From: Planctomycetota bacterium
GTDB taxonomy: Bacteria; Planctomycetota; Phycisphaerae; WQYP01
Length of the DNA: 64,000 nt
Reading direction: 5' to 3'
Assembly: GCA_021831565.1 (NCBI GenBank)
Contig: JAKBMM010000002.1
Coordinates: 39,440-103,439 of the forward strand
The notes under the pieces were generated by a model. That model did no database searches, had not been told where the DNA came from, and worked only from the letters and a program-made list of their open reading frames with translations. This document shows, one piece after another, positions 1 to 9,824 of the stretch. A program made the position numbers and the translations under genes. Numbering within the stretch: the stretch's first letter is position 1; every line of letters begins with the position of its first letter.

Positions 1-786
1 AGAATTCAAAGTGCCGGTGAAGTCCTTGGACGGATCAGCCGTGGGTGTACCAGCGGGCGGAGTTACCGTATTGTTTCCACCATCCGGAGCGACAGCGGTG
101 CTTGCATAATAGGCGGATGGATCGTTGAAGGTCATTACCACCGCATCCGGAGGCGCGGTCTGGAGGGTGGGCAGAGTGCTGGAAGGAGTGGTCCATTGTG
201 TATTTAAGACCGTCGACCCCGCAGAGTTCAATGTTTCGCCCGCATACCAAACCCAACTGGCTCCATTGCCCACAGCCAAGTAAGAAATCCTGGTATTAAA
301 AGTTGTGGCGGGATTTCCAGCAACTCCGCTGCCGCTATAGCCATTGCTTGAGTTACCGGGTACCGTATCAGTGATCCCAACACCCGTGTGAATTCCAAGC
401 GTAAAACCGCCGTTGACGGTGGAACTGGTTGAAGCAGCGAACGATTGGGAAAATTGCACTACGAATGTCGCACCAGGACTGACTGTCGCCAGAACTACGG
501 GACCGGGTACGGATACAGCATCCGTTACCCATGCTGGTTCGAATGGCGTGAGATAGTAATGCCCGCTCCCGGTCTGGCCATTGGCGGGGCTTGAGAATGA
601 ATATCCGGCGTTGCTGTTCAGCTCGCCTGCCCAGTTAGCGGCGGAATAACCGCCGAGACTGCTATCGGTACTGACAATATGGTTGGCGTAGGCATAAACA
701 TTCGCGTGCGCGACCGGAACTTGACCGCAGTAAACACCGGTGGAAAACAACAGGACGGGAACGCCAATTGTGGAAAACCGTTTCAT
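1..786 (-). CDS. Secreted Ser/Thr/Gly-rich protein; N-terminal 262 codons in window (ATG at 786), gene continues past window start
   Basis: Minus-strand frame is open with no stop from 786 down to 1 (checked triplet by triplet). Begins MKRFSTIGVPVLLFSTGVYCGQVPVAHA, a signal-peptide-like start, followed by low-complexity S/T/G/N-rich sequence. Not in the ORF track because the frame runs off the window. Confidence 0.5.
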   Translation of the reverse strand, partial: MKRFSTIGVPVLLFSTGVYCGQVPVAHANVYAYANHIVSTDSSLGGYSAANWAGELNSNAGYSFSSPANGQTGSGHYYLTPFEPAWVTDAVSVPGPVVLATVSPGATFVVQFSQSFAASTSSTVNGGFTLGIHTGVGITDTVPGNSSNGYSGSGVAGNPATTFNTRISYLAVGNGASWVWYAGETLNSAGSTVLNTQWTTPSSTLPTLQTAPPDAVVMTFNDPSAYYASTAVAPDGGNNTVTPPAGTPTADPSKDFTGTLNS

Positions 787-1421
787 AAAAACTCTCCTTG
801 CCGGCAAATCCATCCGAGTTCCGCCGCCGGCGGCGGAGTTTGAAGTCCGGGAGTCGCGGGAGCGACAATTTCCGGATATATCAACACATGTTTGCTTAAA
901 CCCAAGGTTGCGGGCAGGTTTTTTCGGGTGGCTCCCGGCGCGGCGGCTCCCCGCGGCGAGCACGGCCGCACTGGAGCTAAGCCGTGATCAGAGTCGGTGG
1001 AAATGCACCGGCTCGGAAGAATACGCCCCAAAGTTAAACCGCTAAAAACATCACGATGCCCAGAGTCCCAAATCGCGAGGACCAGCAAACATCGACAGGC
1101 AGGTCTTCTGGCTTAAGGGCTATGGATCGGCGCGGCCTTCCCAAACTTCTGTTTCCCGATCCGCGGGAGCGGATCAACCAGCGGGCGCTGGTGAAACTGG
1201 TTCAGTGGCCGACGCCCAAGCTGCCCCTTACAGCGGCGCGTCCGCGGCGGAATCCAACCGCCTTCCCTTTTCATCCGTCAACGCAACGGACACCTGTCGC
1301 CGACTATATTACCACGGCCGGGAGAAAATGCAAGCGGAGAAATTTTGCGGCGAATTTTTCGCCAGGTGTCATATACCGCGATCCCCGCCGTTGCCAGGCT
1401 CACTGTTTCGACCTGGCTCCG

Positions 1422-2384
1422 TCAAAACGCGGCGATCTGAACCCGCGGTTGAATTCTTTGTATTTCGGCGGGACGAATCGCGGAAAAATCTTCCGAAATC
1501 GCCCGCGCCGTCGCCACAGCCAGGGCATAAGCCAAGGAGTCCGGCGGCGACAAGTTCCGCATCTTTCCGGCAATGAAACCAGCCAATAGATAATCGCCGC
1601 AACCCACGGTGCGTACAATCCTCCCTGGATTTTTCACCCACCCCGTCCAGGCGCCGCCGGCGCTGATGAGCACCGCGCCCGCCGCTCCCCGGCTTACCAG
1701 CGCGTTCTCCAGGCGCGGGGCGACCTGCCGGACCAGATCAATGATCGCTATTGGATCATCGCGCAGCCCCTGCGTCCAGGCGCCGGTCCGCCCACCCGCG
1801 GTGGAAATCTCATCCGCATTCGGCTTGACCGCCCAGATCGCCCGCGTCATGGCGCCGGCCAGCGCCGGCCCGGCAACGTCCACCGCCACTTGTACGTTTC
1901 GGGCCAGGAGCGTGTCGATCATGCTTAGAAAATCGGCTATGGCAATACCCGCCGGCAAACTGCCGGCAATAACCACGATGTCTCCGTGCGCTGGCGCGGC
2001 TCTCAGAAAATTTCCCAGGGAGGTCCATGCGGCCGAACCGACGGTAAACCCGGTCTCACGCAAGTGAGTTTCCCCGCCGCCGCGGGTTTCCAGAATAGTC
2101 ACATTTTCCCGCGTAGGCTGGTCGATTTCGATGAAGCGGCAGGTGATTTTCCCCGGCCCCGGCGCCGCCAGTTCCTCGCCGAAAAATCCCGCCTCGCGCC
2201 GGCCCACGAAACCGGTGGCGGTGGAATCCACGCCCAACTGCGCCAACGCCCGGCTGACATTGGCGGCCTTGCCGGCCGCCAGGCGGGCGACGAGCCTCAT
2301 TTTCTGATGAGATCCCGGCCGCAGGACATCACATTCAAGGATGCGATCGACCGCTGGATTCAGGCCGACGGTAAATACCGTCAT
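1422..2384 (-). CDS. PfkB-family carbohydrate kinase (1-phosphofructokinase / tagatose-6-phosphate kinase-like)
   Basis: ORF 1422..2693; conserved part starts MTVFTVGLNPAVDR (ATG at 2384). PfkB/ribokinase-fold motifs are present, including the C-terminal GCGDxxxAGF anion-hole-like segment (VGCGDYLLAGF). Confidence 0.7.
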   Translation of the reverse strand: MTVFTVGLNPAVDRILECDVLRPGSHQKMRLVARLAAGKAANVSRALAQLGVDSTATGFVGRREAGFFGEELAAPGPGKITCRFIEIDQPTRENVTILETRGGGETHLRETGFTVGSAAWTSLGNFLRAAPAHGDIVVIAGSLPAGIAIADFLSMIDTLLARNVQVAVDVAGPALAGAMTRAIWAVKPNADEISTAGGRTGAWTQGLRDDPIAIIDLVRQVAPRLENALVSRGAAGAVLISAGGAWTGWVKNPGRIVRTVGCGDYLLAGFIAGKMRNLSPPDSLAYALAVATARAISEDFSAIRPAEIQRIQPRVQIAAF

Positions 2385-2410
2385 CAGTGCTTCCTTTTCC
2401 AAGAGCGTGT

Positions 2411-3925
2411 TTAAGGTTCCATCGCCGCCGCGACAAGGGCCTGGACTTTTGCGCCAATCTCCGCATATTCCCGCACCGGATCGCTTTGGGCCACAATGCC
2501 CGCCCCGCCGCAAAAAGTAACGCGATCGCCCGTCAGATGCGCCGTGCGTATGGCGATGTTCAACGCCCCATCTCCCTCCGGCCCGATCCAACCGATATTT
2601 CCACAGTAAATGCCGCGCGGAACCGCTTCCAGTTCTCCGATAATCTGCATCGCCCGGATCTTCGGCACACCCGTGATGGAGCCACCCGGACATGTGGCGC
2701 GAATGATTTCATTCCAACCCATTTTATCCGAACGAAGCCTTCCGCTGACGCTCGCCGAGGTATGCCAGAGCGTCGGCAGCGCCTCGAGTTGGCGGGACGA
2801 ATCCACCCGCACGCCGCCGGGGCGGCAAATCCGGCCCAGGTCGTTGCGCAACAGATCAACAATCATCGCCAACTCCGCCTGGTCCTTCTCACTGGCCAGC
2901 AGGTCGCAGGCCAGGGCCTGGTCCGCCGGCGAGTCCACCGCCGGTCGCGCCCGAGTTCCTTTGATCGGGCGGGTATAAATTCGATCGCCCCGCCGCCGCA
3001 GGAACAACTCCGGCGAAATGGACGCGATCGCCTCGTTTGCGAACCGCACAAAAGCCCCATATTCGCCCGGACTGATCCGGCTCATCCGGCGATAGAGATG
3101 CTCCGGCCTTTGCCGCAGCGGCAGCACCCAGCGATCGGCAAGATTGGCCTGATAAATGTCGCCGGCGCTGATGTATTCCAGCGCTCGGCGTACTTGCCCT
3201 TCGTATTCTTGCGGTACCGGATATTCACCTGGAAAAGCCGTGGCCATCGGACCGGTCGGTTCAGCGCCGCCGGCAGGAGACTCAATATATTCCATTCGCA
3301 CCGGTTCGCTGGTGTTGCGACGTCGATTCCCAACCCGTCCCAATCCCGATGGCCATCGGGATTGGGAGATGGCCGGCGGGATCGCGCTCACCAGAAGGAG
3401 CCGGCAATTTCGCTCTGGCGCGTCCCAAAGGTAATACTCGCTGAAAATCTGCCATCGCAATAGCGGTGCGGGCGCGGCAATATCGGCGAAGAGTTGCGGC
3501 AATTCCAGCATTATGCCGGCGTCGTAACTGACAAAACCAATCCACCCCACCAAATCGGGAATGGGCGCGGGCGAGACGAATCGGACTTCATTCATCAGCC
3601 GCTGCCAGAGATCCAGCGCCTGGCCGATTTCGATCGGTTCGCCGGGAATTTCCGGCAACTCCGTCTGGATCATCGGAACGGCCTCCAACTCCACGCGACA
3701 CTTGGCGCCGCGGCGCCGGGCGCAAAAAGTAATCAAGGGCCGATGCGCCAAAACGCTTGGCCCCGGCCGGGTCCCCGCCGTTCCGGCGGTATGCAGCAGG
3801 GCGATATCGCCCGGTTGCGCCGCCAGACGATCCAGCAGGTCCAGCATGTCGATGGCATCCGGGGCAACCCGGTCATCTACCCGCAAACGAAGCGTTGTGG
3901 TCATACCTGCTCGAAAAGGCGACAT
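2411..3925 (-). CDS. Chorismate-binding enzyme, aminodeoxychorismate synthase / anthranilate synthase component I family
   Basis: C-terminal GIYCGNIGWIGPEGDGALNIAIRT...FCGGAGIVAQSDPVREYAEI is the TrpE/PabB chorismate-binding signature. Alternative start MTTTLRL at 3904. Confidence 0.7.
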   Translation of the reverse strand: MSPFRAGMTTTLRLRVDDRVAPDAIDMLDLLDRLAAQPGDIALLHTAGTAGTRPGPSVLAHRPLITFCARRRGAKCRVELEAVPMIQTELPEIPGEPIEIGQALDLWQRLMNEVRFVSPAPIPDLVGWIGFVSYDAGIMLELPQLFADIAAPAPLLRWQIFSEYYLWDAPERNCRLLLVSAIPPAISQSRWPSGLGRVGNRRRNTSEPVRMEYIESPAGGAEPTGPMATAFPGEYPVPQEYEGQVRRALEYISAGDIYQANLADRWVLPLRQRPEHLYRRMSRISPGEYGAFVRFANEAIASISPELFLRRRGDRIYTRPIKGTRARPAVDSPADQALACDLLASEKDQAELAMIVDLLRNDLGRICRPGGVRVDSSRQLEALPTLWHTSASVSGRLRSDKMGWNEIIRATCPGGSITGVPKIRAMQIIGELEAVPRGIYCGNIGWIGPEGDGALNIAIRTAHLTGDRVTFCGGAGIVAQSDPVREYAEIGAKVQALVAAAMEP

Positions 3926-3954
3926 CTACGAATGCCACCTTTTCCTTTCCCATT

Positions 3955-5442
3955 TCACCATAAAAAAATCAGCCACACCAATACCAATACCGGCAACAAC
4001 ACGGGAATCGCGTAGCGTGCGATATACGTGAAAAAGCCGGGACATTGAACTCCTTCGTGTTCGGCAAGACTCTTGATAATGAGATTCGGCCCATTGCCGA
4101 TCCAGGTGCAAGCGCCAAAAAACACGGCGCCCAGGGAAATCGCCAACAGGTAAATGCCGCCGTTGGGCTGCGCCAAAACGGCTGTTCCAGCCGGAGAGAC
4201 CGCCGGGCGTGGCATAGAGGCGGACCGGTGAGCTGTTCCAACGGTCCCGGCCGCCGCCCGGCTCTGGAGACAGGCCGCATAGGTCGGCGCGTTGTCCAAA
4301 ACCGCTGAAAGTGCGCCGGTCAGAAAATAACAGCGGCCCGGCGTGGCCGTAAATGTCGTCAATTGACCTCTCGCCGCGCGGCTGGCCAGTAAATTCAGCA
4401 CTGGGGCCAGCGTCAGGAAAATGCCCAGAAACAGGACGGCCATTTCCCGCAACGGCTTGAAGCTCAAGCGATTCGCGACACGAACACTGTTCGGTGTCAG
4501 CAGCAGCGACAGGCCCGCGGCCAGCACCAGGACCATCTCCCGCCAGGGAGCGGGAACAAACAGGCTGCCGAGCACCGGTAAAATCAGCGCCAATTGCCCC
4601 AGGCCGGCAATGGCGACGGCCTGGCTCTCTTGAACCGACGCATCGCGCGGGCAGCGCCGATCCAGAAGGTAAAATACCGCCAGCGGCAAACCCACTGCCA
4701 GCAGCCAGGCCAGCCAGGCGTGTTGCAGCATCCACCAGAAGGGAACACCCATCAGGTAACCGAGCAACAAAGGCGGATCGCCCAGCGGCGTGAGCGCGCC
4801 GCCGATGTTGGCCACAAGGAAAACAAAAAATATGACATGGAACGGCCGAATGTGCCCGCGGTTCATCTGTAGATAGGGCCGAATCAGCACGATGCCGGCG
4901 CCGGTCGTGCCCAGGATGTTGGCCAGCACCGCGCCTGCCAGTAAAACCGCAACATTGACCGCAGGCGTGGCCGGCCGCCGCACCCGCACCAGAATTCCCG
5001 AGGAAATAATGAAAAGCGCGCCGACCAGGCTCATAAATTTCAGATACAAGCCCAGACTTGCCGCCACCGGCCCCGCCGCTTGAAACCACACACCATAACC
5101 GATGGCCGCCGCAGCCCCCAGGCCAATGGCAATGACGGCATAAAATCGATCCCACAGTTTGGCCGCCAGAGCCGGCAACACGCTCATCGCCAGCAGCATG
5201 AGAACGAACGGAGCGGCCCAGAGAATATTCACCGCCGGCGGAACGGTTTGTTTACCCACCGCCGCCAGAACCCGGGTAAATCCCGCCACGCCGATCAACG
5301 CCAATGCGATCAGAACAATCACCAGGCGCGGATGCAGGCGCGACGGCCCTTCGTCGGCGGCCTGCGTCCGCCGGTCGGGATACCCAAGGTGAACGGACAG
5401 CCGGCCGCGCCCGCGCTCTGCTGGAAGAAACGATCCGACCAT
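3955..5442 (-). CDS. Polytopic membrane transporter (about 12-13 TM; ArsB/NhaD-like ion-transporter superfamily suspected)
   Basis: 495-aa ORF with ATG start and hydrophobic helices throughout. Product assignment is weak. The overlapping 409-aa ORF in another frame is judged an artefact. Confidence 0.5.
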   Translation of the reverse strand: MVGSFLPAERGRGRLSVHLGYPDRRTQAADEGPSRLHPRLVIVLIALALIGVAGFTRVLAAVGKQTVPPAVNILWAAPFVLMLLAMSVLPALAAKLWDRFYAVIAIGLGAAAAIGYGVWFQAAGPVAASLGLYLKFMSLVGALFIISSGILVRVRRPATPAVNVAVLLAGAVLANILGTTGAGIVLIRPYLQMNRGHIRPFHVIFFVFLVANIGGALTPLGDPPLLLGYLMGVPFWWMLQHAWLAWLLAVGLPLAVFYLLDRRCPRDASVQESQAVAIAGLGQLALILPVLGSLFVPAPWREMVLVLAAGLSLLLTPNSVRVANRLSFKPLREMAVLFLGIFLTLAPVLNLLASRAARGQLTTFTATPGRCYFLTGALSAVLDNAPTYAACLQSRAAAGTVGTAHRSASMPRPAVSPAGTAVLAQPNGGIYLLAISLGAVFFGACTWIGNGPNLIIKSLAEHEGVQCPGFFTYIARYAIPVLLPVLVLVWLIFLW

Positions 5443-5692
5443 GAGGACCCATCATGTCGGCAATTGTCGTTTATGACCAGCCCGGCCCCGCGCCTGCTTC
5501 GAAAGATTATTCCGCTTCTTCGTGACGACGGCCCCATCTATCACCTCCCAGCGAGGAAGCCAGGGACATTTTCAGAACGATTTTCAAACACGGTAAAACG
5601 AAAGTTGCCAGGCCGAGGCCGGGGTCGGCGGGCGGGGGCGGGTTGGTGGCTAAATGATGCCACCCCTCGCCGGTCAGTTGACCGCGGTCCGG

Positions 5693-5974
5693 CTATTTGT
5701 GTCCCACAGGTCCACCGGCGGTAAGGTATTTCCGCTCCACCGCCTGCGCCAAGTCAATATCGTGGATATTCGCCAGCGTGCAGAGCCAGGCCAGAACATC
5801 GGCGAATTCCTCCTCCTGGTTTTTCCGATTTTTGCCCTGCAGCGCCGTGGCCAGCTCGCCGACTTCCTCCACAAACCACATGAACGTGGCGGCGGTTCCG
5901 CGCTCGCAATCGCGTTGCGAATATTTGTTCCGGATATGCCCCTGGAATCCGGCGATACTCAGAGAATCCACCAT
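5693..5974 (-). CDS. MazG-like nucleotide pyrophosphohydrolase (small single-domain)
   Basis: MVDSLSIAGFQ...FVEEVGELATAL...EEEFADVLAWLCTLANIHDIDL matches the MazG EExxE / ADVL helix motifs. Start taken at internal ATG 5974 of ORF 5693..6061. Confidence 0.65.
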   Translation of the reverse strand: MVDSLSIAGFQGHIRNKYSQRDCERGTAATFMWFVEEVGELATALQGKNRKNQEEEFADVLAWLCTLANIHDIDLAQAVERKYLTAGGPVGHK

Positions 5975-6057
5975 GAGAACCCTTTCATTTCCGCGCCTTG
6001 ATTCACCGGCGCTGCGGGCTGGGAGCAACGAACGCCGCCGCTCGCGCCGCCGCGCCT

Positions 6058-6798
6058 TCACCCCTCGCGGGCACGGAGGATGACTTGTTTCATCCGGGCC
6101 ACCGCTTCGCGCAAGCCGATGAATACAGCCTGGCTGACAATGGCGTGGCCGATATGCAACTCGCCAACGTGCGGCAGCGCCGCGATTGCCCCGACATTGC
6201 GTTCATCCAGCCCGTGGCCGGCGTTGAATTGCATGCCGGAGTTCAAAATATATTCACCCGCGGCGCGCACTTTTTCCAGTTGAACCCGCCGGGCGGCCGG
6301 GGTGGCGGCATTGGCGTAAGGGCCGGTGTGGACTTCACAGATCTCCAGGCCCGCCTTTTTCGCGGCGGCGACCTGGCGCGGCTGGGCATCAATGAAAGCG
6401 CTAACCAGAATGCCGGCGTCGCGCAGGCGGTGAACCACGCGGCGAACGGCCTGGAACCGCCCTGCCACATCCAAGCCGCCTTCGGTGGTAACTTCGGTCC
6501 TCTTTTCCGGCACCAGGGTGGCCATGGCCGGCCGCAGGCGAAGCGCTATGGCGAGCATCTCCTGCACCGCCGCCATCTCCAGGTTCAAGGGAACGCGTAC
6601 GCTTTGAACCAGCAGTTGCACATCCCGGTCCTGAATATGCCGGCGATCTTCGCGCAGGTGAACGGTGATCAGATCGGCCCCGCCGAGCTGCGCTTCCACC
6701 GCGGCCCAGAGAGGGTCCGGTTCCCGGGCGCGCCGGACTTGACGCAGCGTCGCGACGTGGTCGATATTGACGCCGAGTTTCACCATATTTATACCCAT
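6058..6798 (-). CDS. pdxJ: Pyridoxine 5'-phosphate synthase
   Basis: MVKLGVNIDHVATLRQVRR...ITVHLREDRRHIQDRD...NLEMA...EVHTGPYA is the canonical PdxJ sequence. Start at 6798 or 6786. Confidence 0.85.
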   Translation of the reverse strand: MGINMVKLGVNIDHVATLRQVRRAREPDPLWAAVEAQLGGADLITVHLREDRRHIQDRDVQLLVQSVRVPLNLEMAAVQEMLAIALRLRPAMATLVPEKRTEVTTEGGLDVAGRFQAVRRVVHRLRDAGILVSAFIDAQPRQVAAAKKAGLEICEVHTGPYANAATPAARRVQLEKVRAAGEYILNSGMQFNAGHGLDERNVGAIAALPHVGELHIGHAIVSQAVFIGLREAVARMKQVILRAREG

Positions 6799-7505
6799 AA
6801 TTTCGCGGGATTGGTCTGCGTAAGCGTGCAAACCTGCTCGCGGCCAACCAGTTCGATCGCCCGCTCCAATCCGGCCAGCCGCGTGGGCAGATGGTCCGGC
6901 CGATGGCAATCCGAACCGAGCATAAAATAGAGGCCACGGGTCAGGAATTGTTCGGCAAGCGCGCGGATCGGCTCCGGTTCCGACCCGCCCAGCGGCCCCA
7001 GATTTCCCTGGAACAACACCCCCCGGTCCGCCAGAGTCTCAATCAGGGAGGGATTGGCGCGTATGGCATCCATTCGTTCCGGGTGGGCCAGGATTACCGT
7101 CAGACCGCGGCTTTGCAGAGAGTCGATCGCCTCGTCGGCCCAGTGCGGCCAGTCCGGCTCCCATGAATCCGCCAGACAGTACGCCGTGTTCAGGCCATAC
7201 GTGGGTATGCGGTCCATATCGTCCCACCGCAACAGTTGCCGCGAGAGCCGCAGTTCCCCCCCCGGCCGGAATTGCGCCGCCACCCCCCGCTGCTCCATCT
7301 GTCGCTGAAAAACCTCCACCGCTCGCCGCGTCTGCTCCGGCGTAACATCGCCATATTCCGTGCAGCCGGTGTGCGGGGTAAGAAAAAAACGATCGTAGCC
7401 GTGCTGCACCATCGCCCGGACGCACGCGAACGAATCGTCCAAGCCGACGCAGCCGTCGTCCATTCCCGGCAGAAAATGATTATGTACGTCAATCCGGTTC
7501 ATCAT
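6789..7505 (-). CDS. PHP-family tyrosine-protein phosphatase (CpsB/YwqE-like)
   Basis: [18 protein letters not shown]...LAHPER...GSDCH match the CpsB metal-binding motifs. Overlaps pdxJ start and typA stop by a few nt. Confidence 0.7.
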   Translation of the reverse strand: MMNRIDVHNHFLPGMDDGCVGLDDSFACVRAMVQHGYDRFFLTPHTGCTEYGDVTPEQTRRAVEVFQRQMEQRGVAAQFRPGGELRLSRQLLRWDDMDRIPTYGLNTAYCLADSWEPDWPHWADEAIDSLQSRGLTVILAHPERMDAIRANPSLIETLADRGVLFQGNLGPLGGSEPEPIRALAEQFLTRGLYFMLGSDCHRPDHLPTRLAGLERAIELVGREQVCTLTQTNPAKLWV

Positions 7506-9364
7506 CCGGGCGTCGCCGCCTCCGACCGGTCCAGGCGTTTGCGCTGATTTTCCTTCAGGTAACGCTTGCGCAGGCGGATGTTCCGCGGCGTAATTTCCAA
7601 TAATTCGTCATCCTCAATGTATTCCAGCGCGATTTCCAGCGACATGTCGCGCGGCGGCTTGAGAATAATGTTCTTGTCGCTGGCCGTCGTGCGCATGTTG
7701 GTAAGCCTTTTCTCGCGGCACACGTTAACCGTAATGTCATTGTCCTTGTTGTATTCGCCGACAATCATCCCTTCATAGACCGCGTCGCCCGGCTGAACAA
7801 ACATCATGCCCCGTTCCTGGAGCGAGTCGAGTGCGTAGGCGTTGGCCGCGCCGTTTTCCATGCTTACCATCACGCCGTTGAGCCGCCCCGGCAGCGCACC
7901 GCGGATCAACTGATAATCATGAAACGTGTGGTGCATCACCGCTTCGCCCTGCGTGGCATTGAGCAGCCGCGTGCGCAGACCGATCAGCCCCCGCGCCGGT
8001 AGCAGGAATTCCAGGTGCGTCATCGTCCCCTTCGTGTCCATACGGACCAGCTCGCCGCGGCGATTGCCCACCGCCTCCATCACCGCCCCGACAAATTTTT
8101 CCGGCACGTCGATCGTGAGATTTTCCACCGGCTCACATTTGCGGCCGTTGAGCTCCTTGAAAATCACCTTCGGCTTGCCCACCTGCAGCTCGTAACCTTC
8201 CCGCCGCATGTTTTCCAGGAGCACTCCCAGGTGCAGAAGCCCGCGGCCGCTGACCCGCAGGGAATCCGGCGAGGCGGTGTCCTCCACCCGCAGCGCCACG
8301 TTGCTTTGCAGTTCATGGTATAGCCTTTCCCGCAGGTTCCGGCTGGTGACGAACTTGCCTTCCCGCCCGGCGAACGGGGAATCGTTCACACTGAAAATCA
8401 TGCTCAGCGTCGGTTCGTCGACGTCGATCAGCGGCAGCGCTTCGGGCCTGTCCAGCGCGGCGATGGTGTCGCCGATATCCACGTCCGGAATCCCGACGAC
8501 GGCGCAGATGTCGCCGGCCTGCACATGGTCCGTCTTTTCCCGCGCCAGTCCGGAAAACAGATAAAGTTCGTTGGGGACGTGCGCTTCGATTTTCCCGCTG
8601 CGCTTGACGAGGGCGATTTTCTCGCCGCGCCGCAGATAGCCGTTGAATACCCGCCCGATGCCGATCCGCCCCACGTATTCGTTGTAGTCGATGTTGGTCA
8701 CCTGCATCTGCAGCGGCTTGTCCGCATCCGCCACCGGTCCGGGAATTTTCTGAACAATGATTTCCAGCAGCGGGCGCATGTCGCTATCGGAATGGGCCGG
8801 ATCCAGCCGGGCGAAACCCTCCCGCCCGGAGGCATACACCACCGGAAAGTCCAGCGCGTCGTCATCCGCTTCCAGCTCCACGAATAAATCGAAAATCTCG
8901 TTGAGCACTTCGTTCGGCCGCGCATCCGGGCGGTCGATCTTATTGATCACCACGATCGGTTTGATGTGGTAATGAAATGCCTTCTTGAGCACGAAGCGGG
9001 TCTGCGGCATGGGGCCTTCGAAGGCGTCAACCAGCAACAGAACGCCATCGGCCATTTTCAGCACGCGTTCCACCTCGCCGCCGAAATCGGCGTGGCCGGG
9101 GGTGTCGATGATGTTGATTTTCCGCGCGGCGCCCCGCACATCGGTGTAGTTCATCGCCACATTCTTGGCCAGAATGGTGATGCCGCGCTCCCGTTCCAGG
9201 GGGTTGTTGTCCAGGATCAGCGTGCGAACATCGAACTGGCCGGTGTGAAACATGCCCGACTGGCGGAGCAGGGCGTCCACCAGCGTGGTTTTGCCGTGAT
9301 CCACATGGGCGATAATGGCGATATTTCGTAACTCGTCGCGACGTTTCATATTATTGTTTTTCAT
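7502..9364 (-). CDS. typA: Ribosome-binding translational GTPase TypA/BipA
   Basis: [31 protein letters not shown] and NKIDRPDAR GTPase motifs; full-length about 620 aa. ATG at 9364 ([12 protein letters not shown]); alternative start at 9349. Confidence 0.9.
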   Translation of the reverse strand: MKNNNMKRRDELRNIAIIAHVDHGKTTLVDALLRQSGMFHTGQFDVRTLILDNNPLERERGITILAKNVAMNYTDVRGAARKINIIDTPGHADFGGEVERVLKMADGVLLLVDAFEGPMPQTRFVLKKAFHYHIKPIVVINKIDRPDARPNEVLNEIFDLFVELEADDDALDFPVVYASGREGFARLDPAHSDSDMRPLLEIIVQKIPGPVADADKPLQMQVTNIDYNEYVGRIGIGRVFNGYLRRGEKIALVKRSGKIEAHVPNELYLFSGLAREKTDHVQAGDICAVVGIPDVDIGDTIAALDRPEALPLIDVDEPTLSMIFSVNDSPFAGREGKFVTSRNLRERLYHELQSNVALRVEDTASPDSLRVSGRGLLHLGVLLENMRREGYELQVGKPKVIFKELNGRKCEPVENLTIDVPEKFVGAVMEAVGNRRGELVRMDTKGTMTHLEFLLPARGLIGLRTRLLNATQGEAVMHHTFHDYQLIRGALPGRLNGVMVSMENGAANAYALDSLQERGMMFVQPGDAVYEGMIVGEYNKDNDITVNVCREKRLTNMRTTASDKNIILKPPRDMSLEIALEYIEDDELLEITPRNIRLRKRYLKENQRKRLDRSEAATPG

Positions 9365-9486
9365 CTTAAGCGGTCGGCGGAGCAAGCCCGGCCAAACCAT
9401 GTATCATACGGCATTTGATCTTCCGCACCAAGCGAACCCGATTCTTTCAACCTTGGAAAACTCAACATTCGCCCACGGCGGCGGGT

Positions 9487-9515
9487 TTGACGAACCGGCG
9501 CCACCGGCCTAATCT
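9487..9515 (+). promoter_or_regulatory. Sigma70-like promoter TTGACG-N17-TAATCT for the small basic-peptide gene
   Basis: TTGACG at 9487..9492, 17-nt spacer, TAATCT at 9510..9515. Lies about 125 nt upstream of the ATG at 9642, in the divergent region from typA. Confidence 0.3.
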
Positions 9516-9641
9516 ATCCCCAGTGCGATTTTCCGCCCGGCCCGCCCCTTGCCGTTACGGCCCGTCCCGATAACTATTCGGAATGGCCGTTGGGCTTCGC
9601 AAAGGGACGGGCAACAGGCTCGTTAACGCAGGAGAACCTTG

Positions 9642-9722
9642 ATGCCCAAACCCCGTCGCCGCCGTAAGATCGGCAGTAAGAAACGTCACGCCAAGTGGAA
9701 AGCCCGCCATCACCAACAATAA
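9642..9722 (+). CDS. 26-aa extremely basic peptide MPKPRRRRKIGSKKRHAKWKARHHQQ, possible bTHX-like small ribosomal protein
   Basis: GGAG RBS at 9631..9634 ending 7 nt upstream of the ATG; TAA stop at 9720..9722. Below the ORF-track size cut-off. The RRxRR-KI segment resembles ribosomal protein THX. Confidence 0.4.
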   Translation: MPKPRRRRKIGSKKRHAKWKARHHQQ

Positions 9723-9726
9723 GAAC

Positions 9727-9742
9727 CTATCTATTGAGATAG
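9727..9742 (+). terminator. Short hairpin CTATCT-ATTG-AGATAG immediately after the small peptide gene (carries the shared motif TCTATTGAGATAGT)
   Basis: Perfect 6-bp stem with 4-nt loop, followed by TTTC AAAAA. AT-rich stem, so a weak terminator or a protein-binding site. Confidence 0.3.
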
Positions 9743-9824
9743 TTTCAAAAACCCGCTTGTTCCACCCGCGGACCGCGGATCTCGGGATAACGCCGGCACC
9801 CGCGCCGCGGGCCGCCGCAGAAGG

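Noticed and set aside
1056-1589. 177-aa and 123-aa plus-strand ORFs in the 787..1421 spacer
   Set aside because: No RBS; Arg/Pro-rich composition; they overlap the 3' end of the convergent kinase gene. Treated as non-coding.
3926-5155. 409-aa ORF on the minus strand overlapping the membrane transporter gene in another frame
   Set aside because: Gly/Arg/Ala-rich translation typical of an out-of-frame read of a high-GC gene; the transporter frame has clear TM periodicity.
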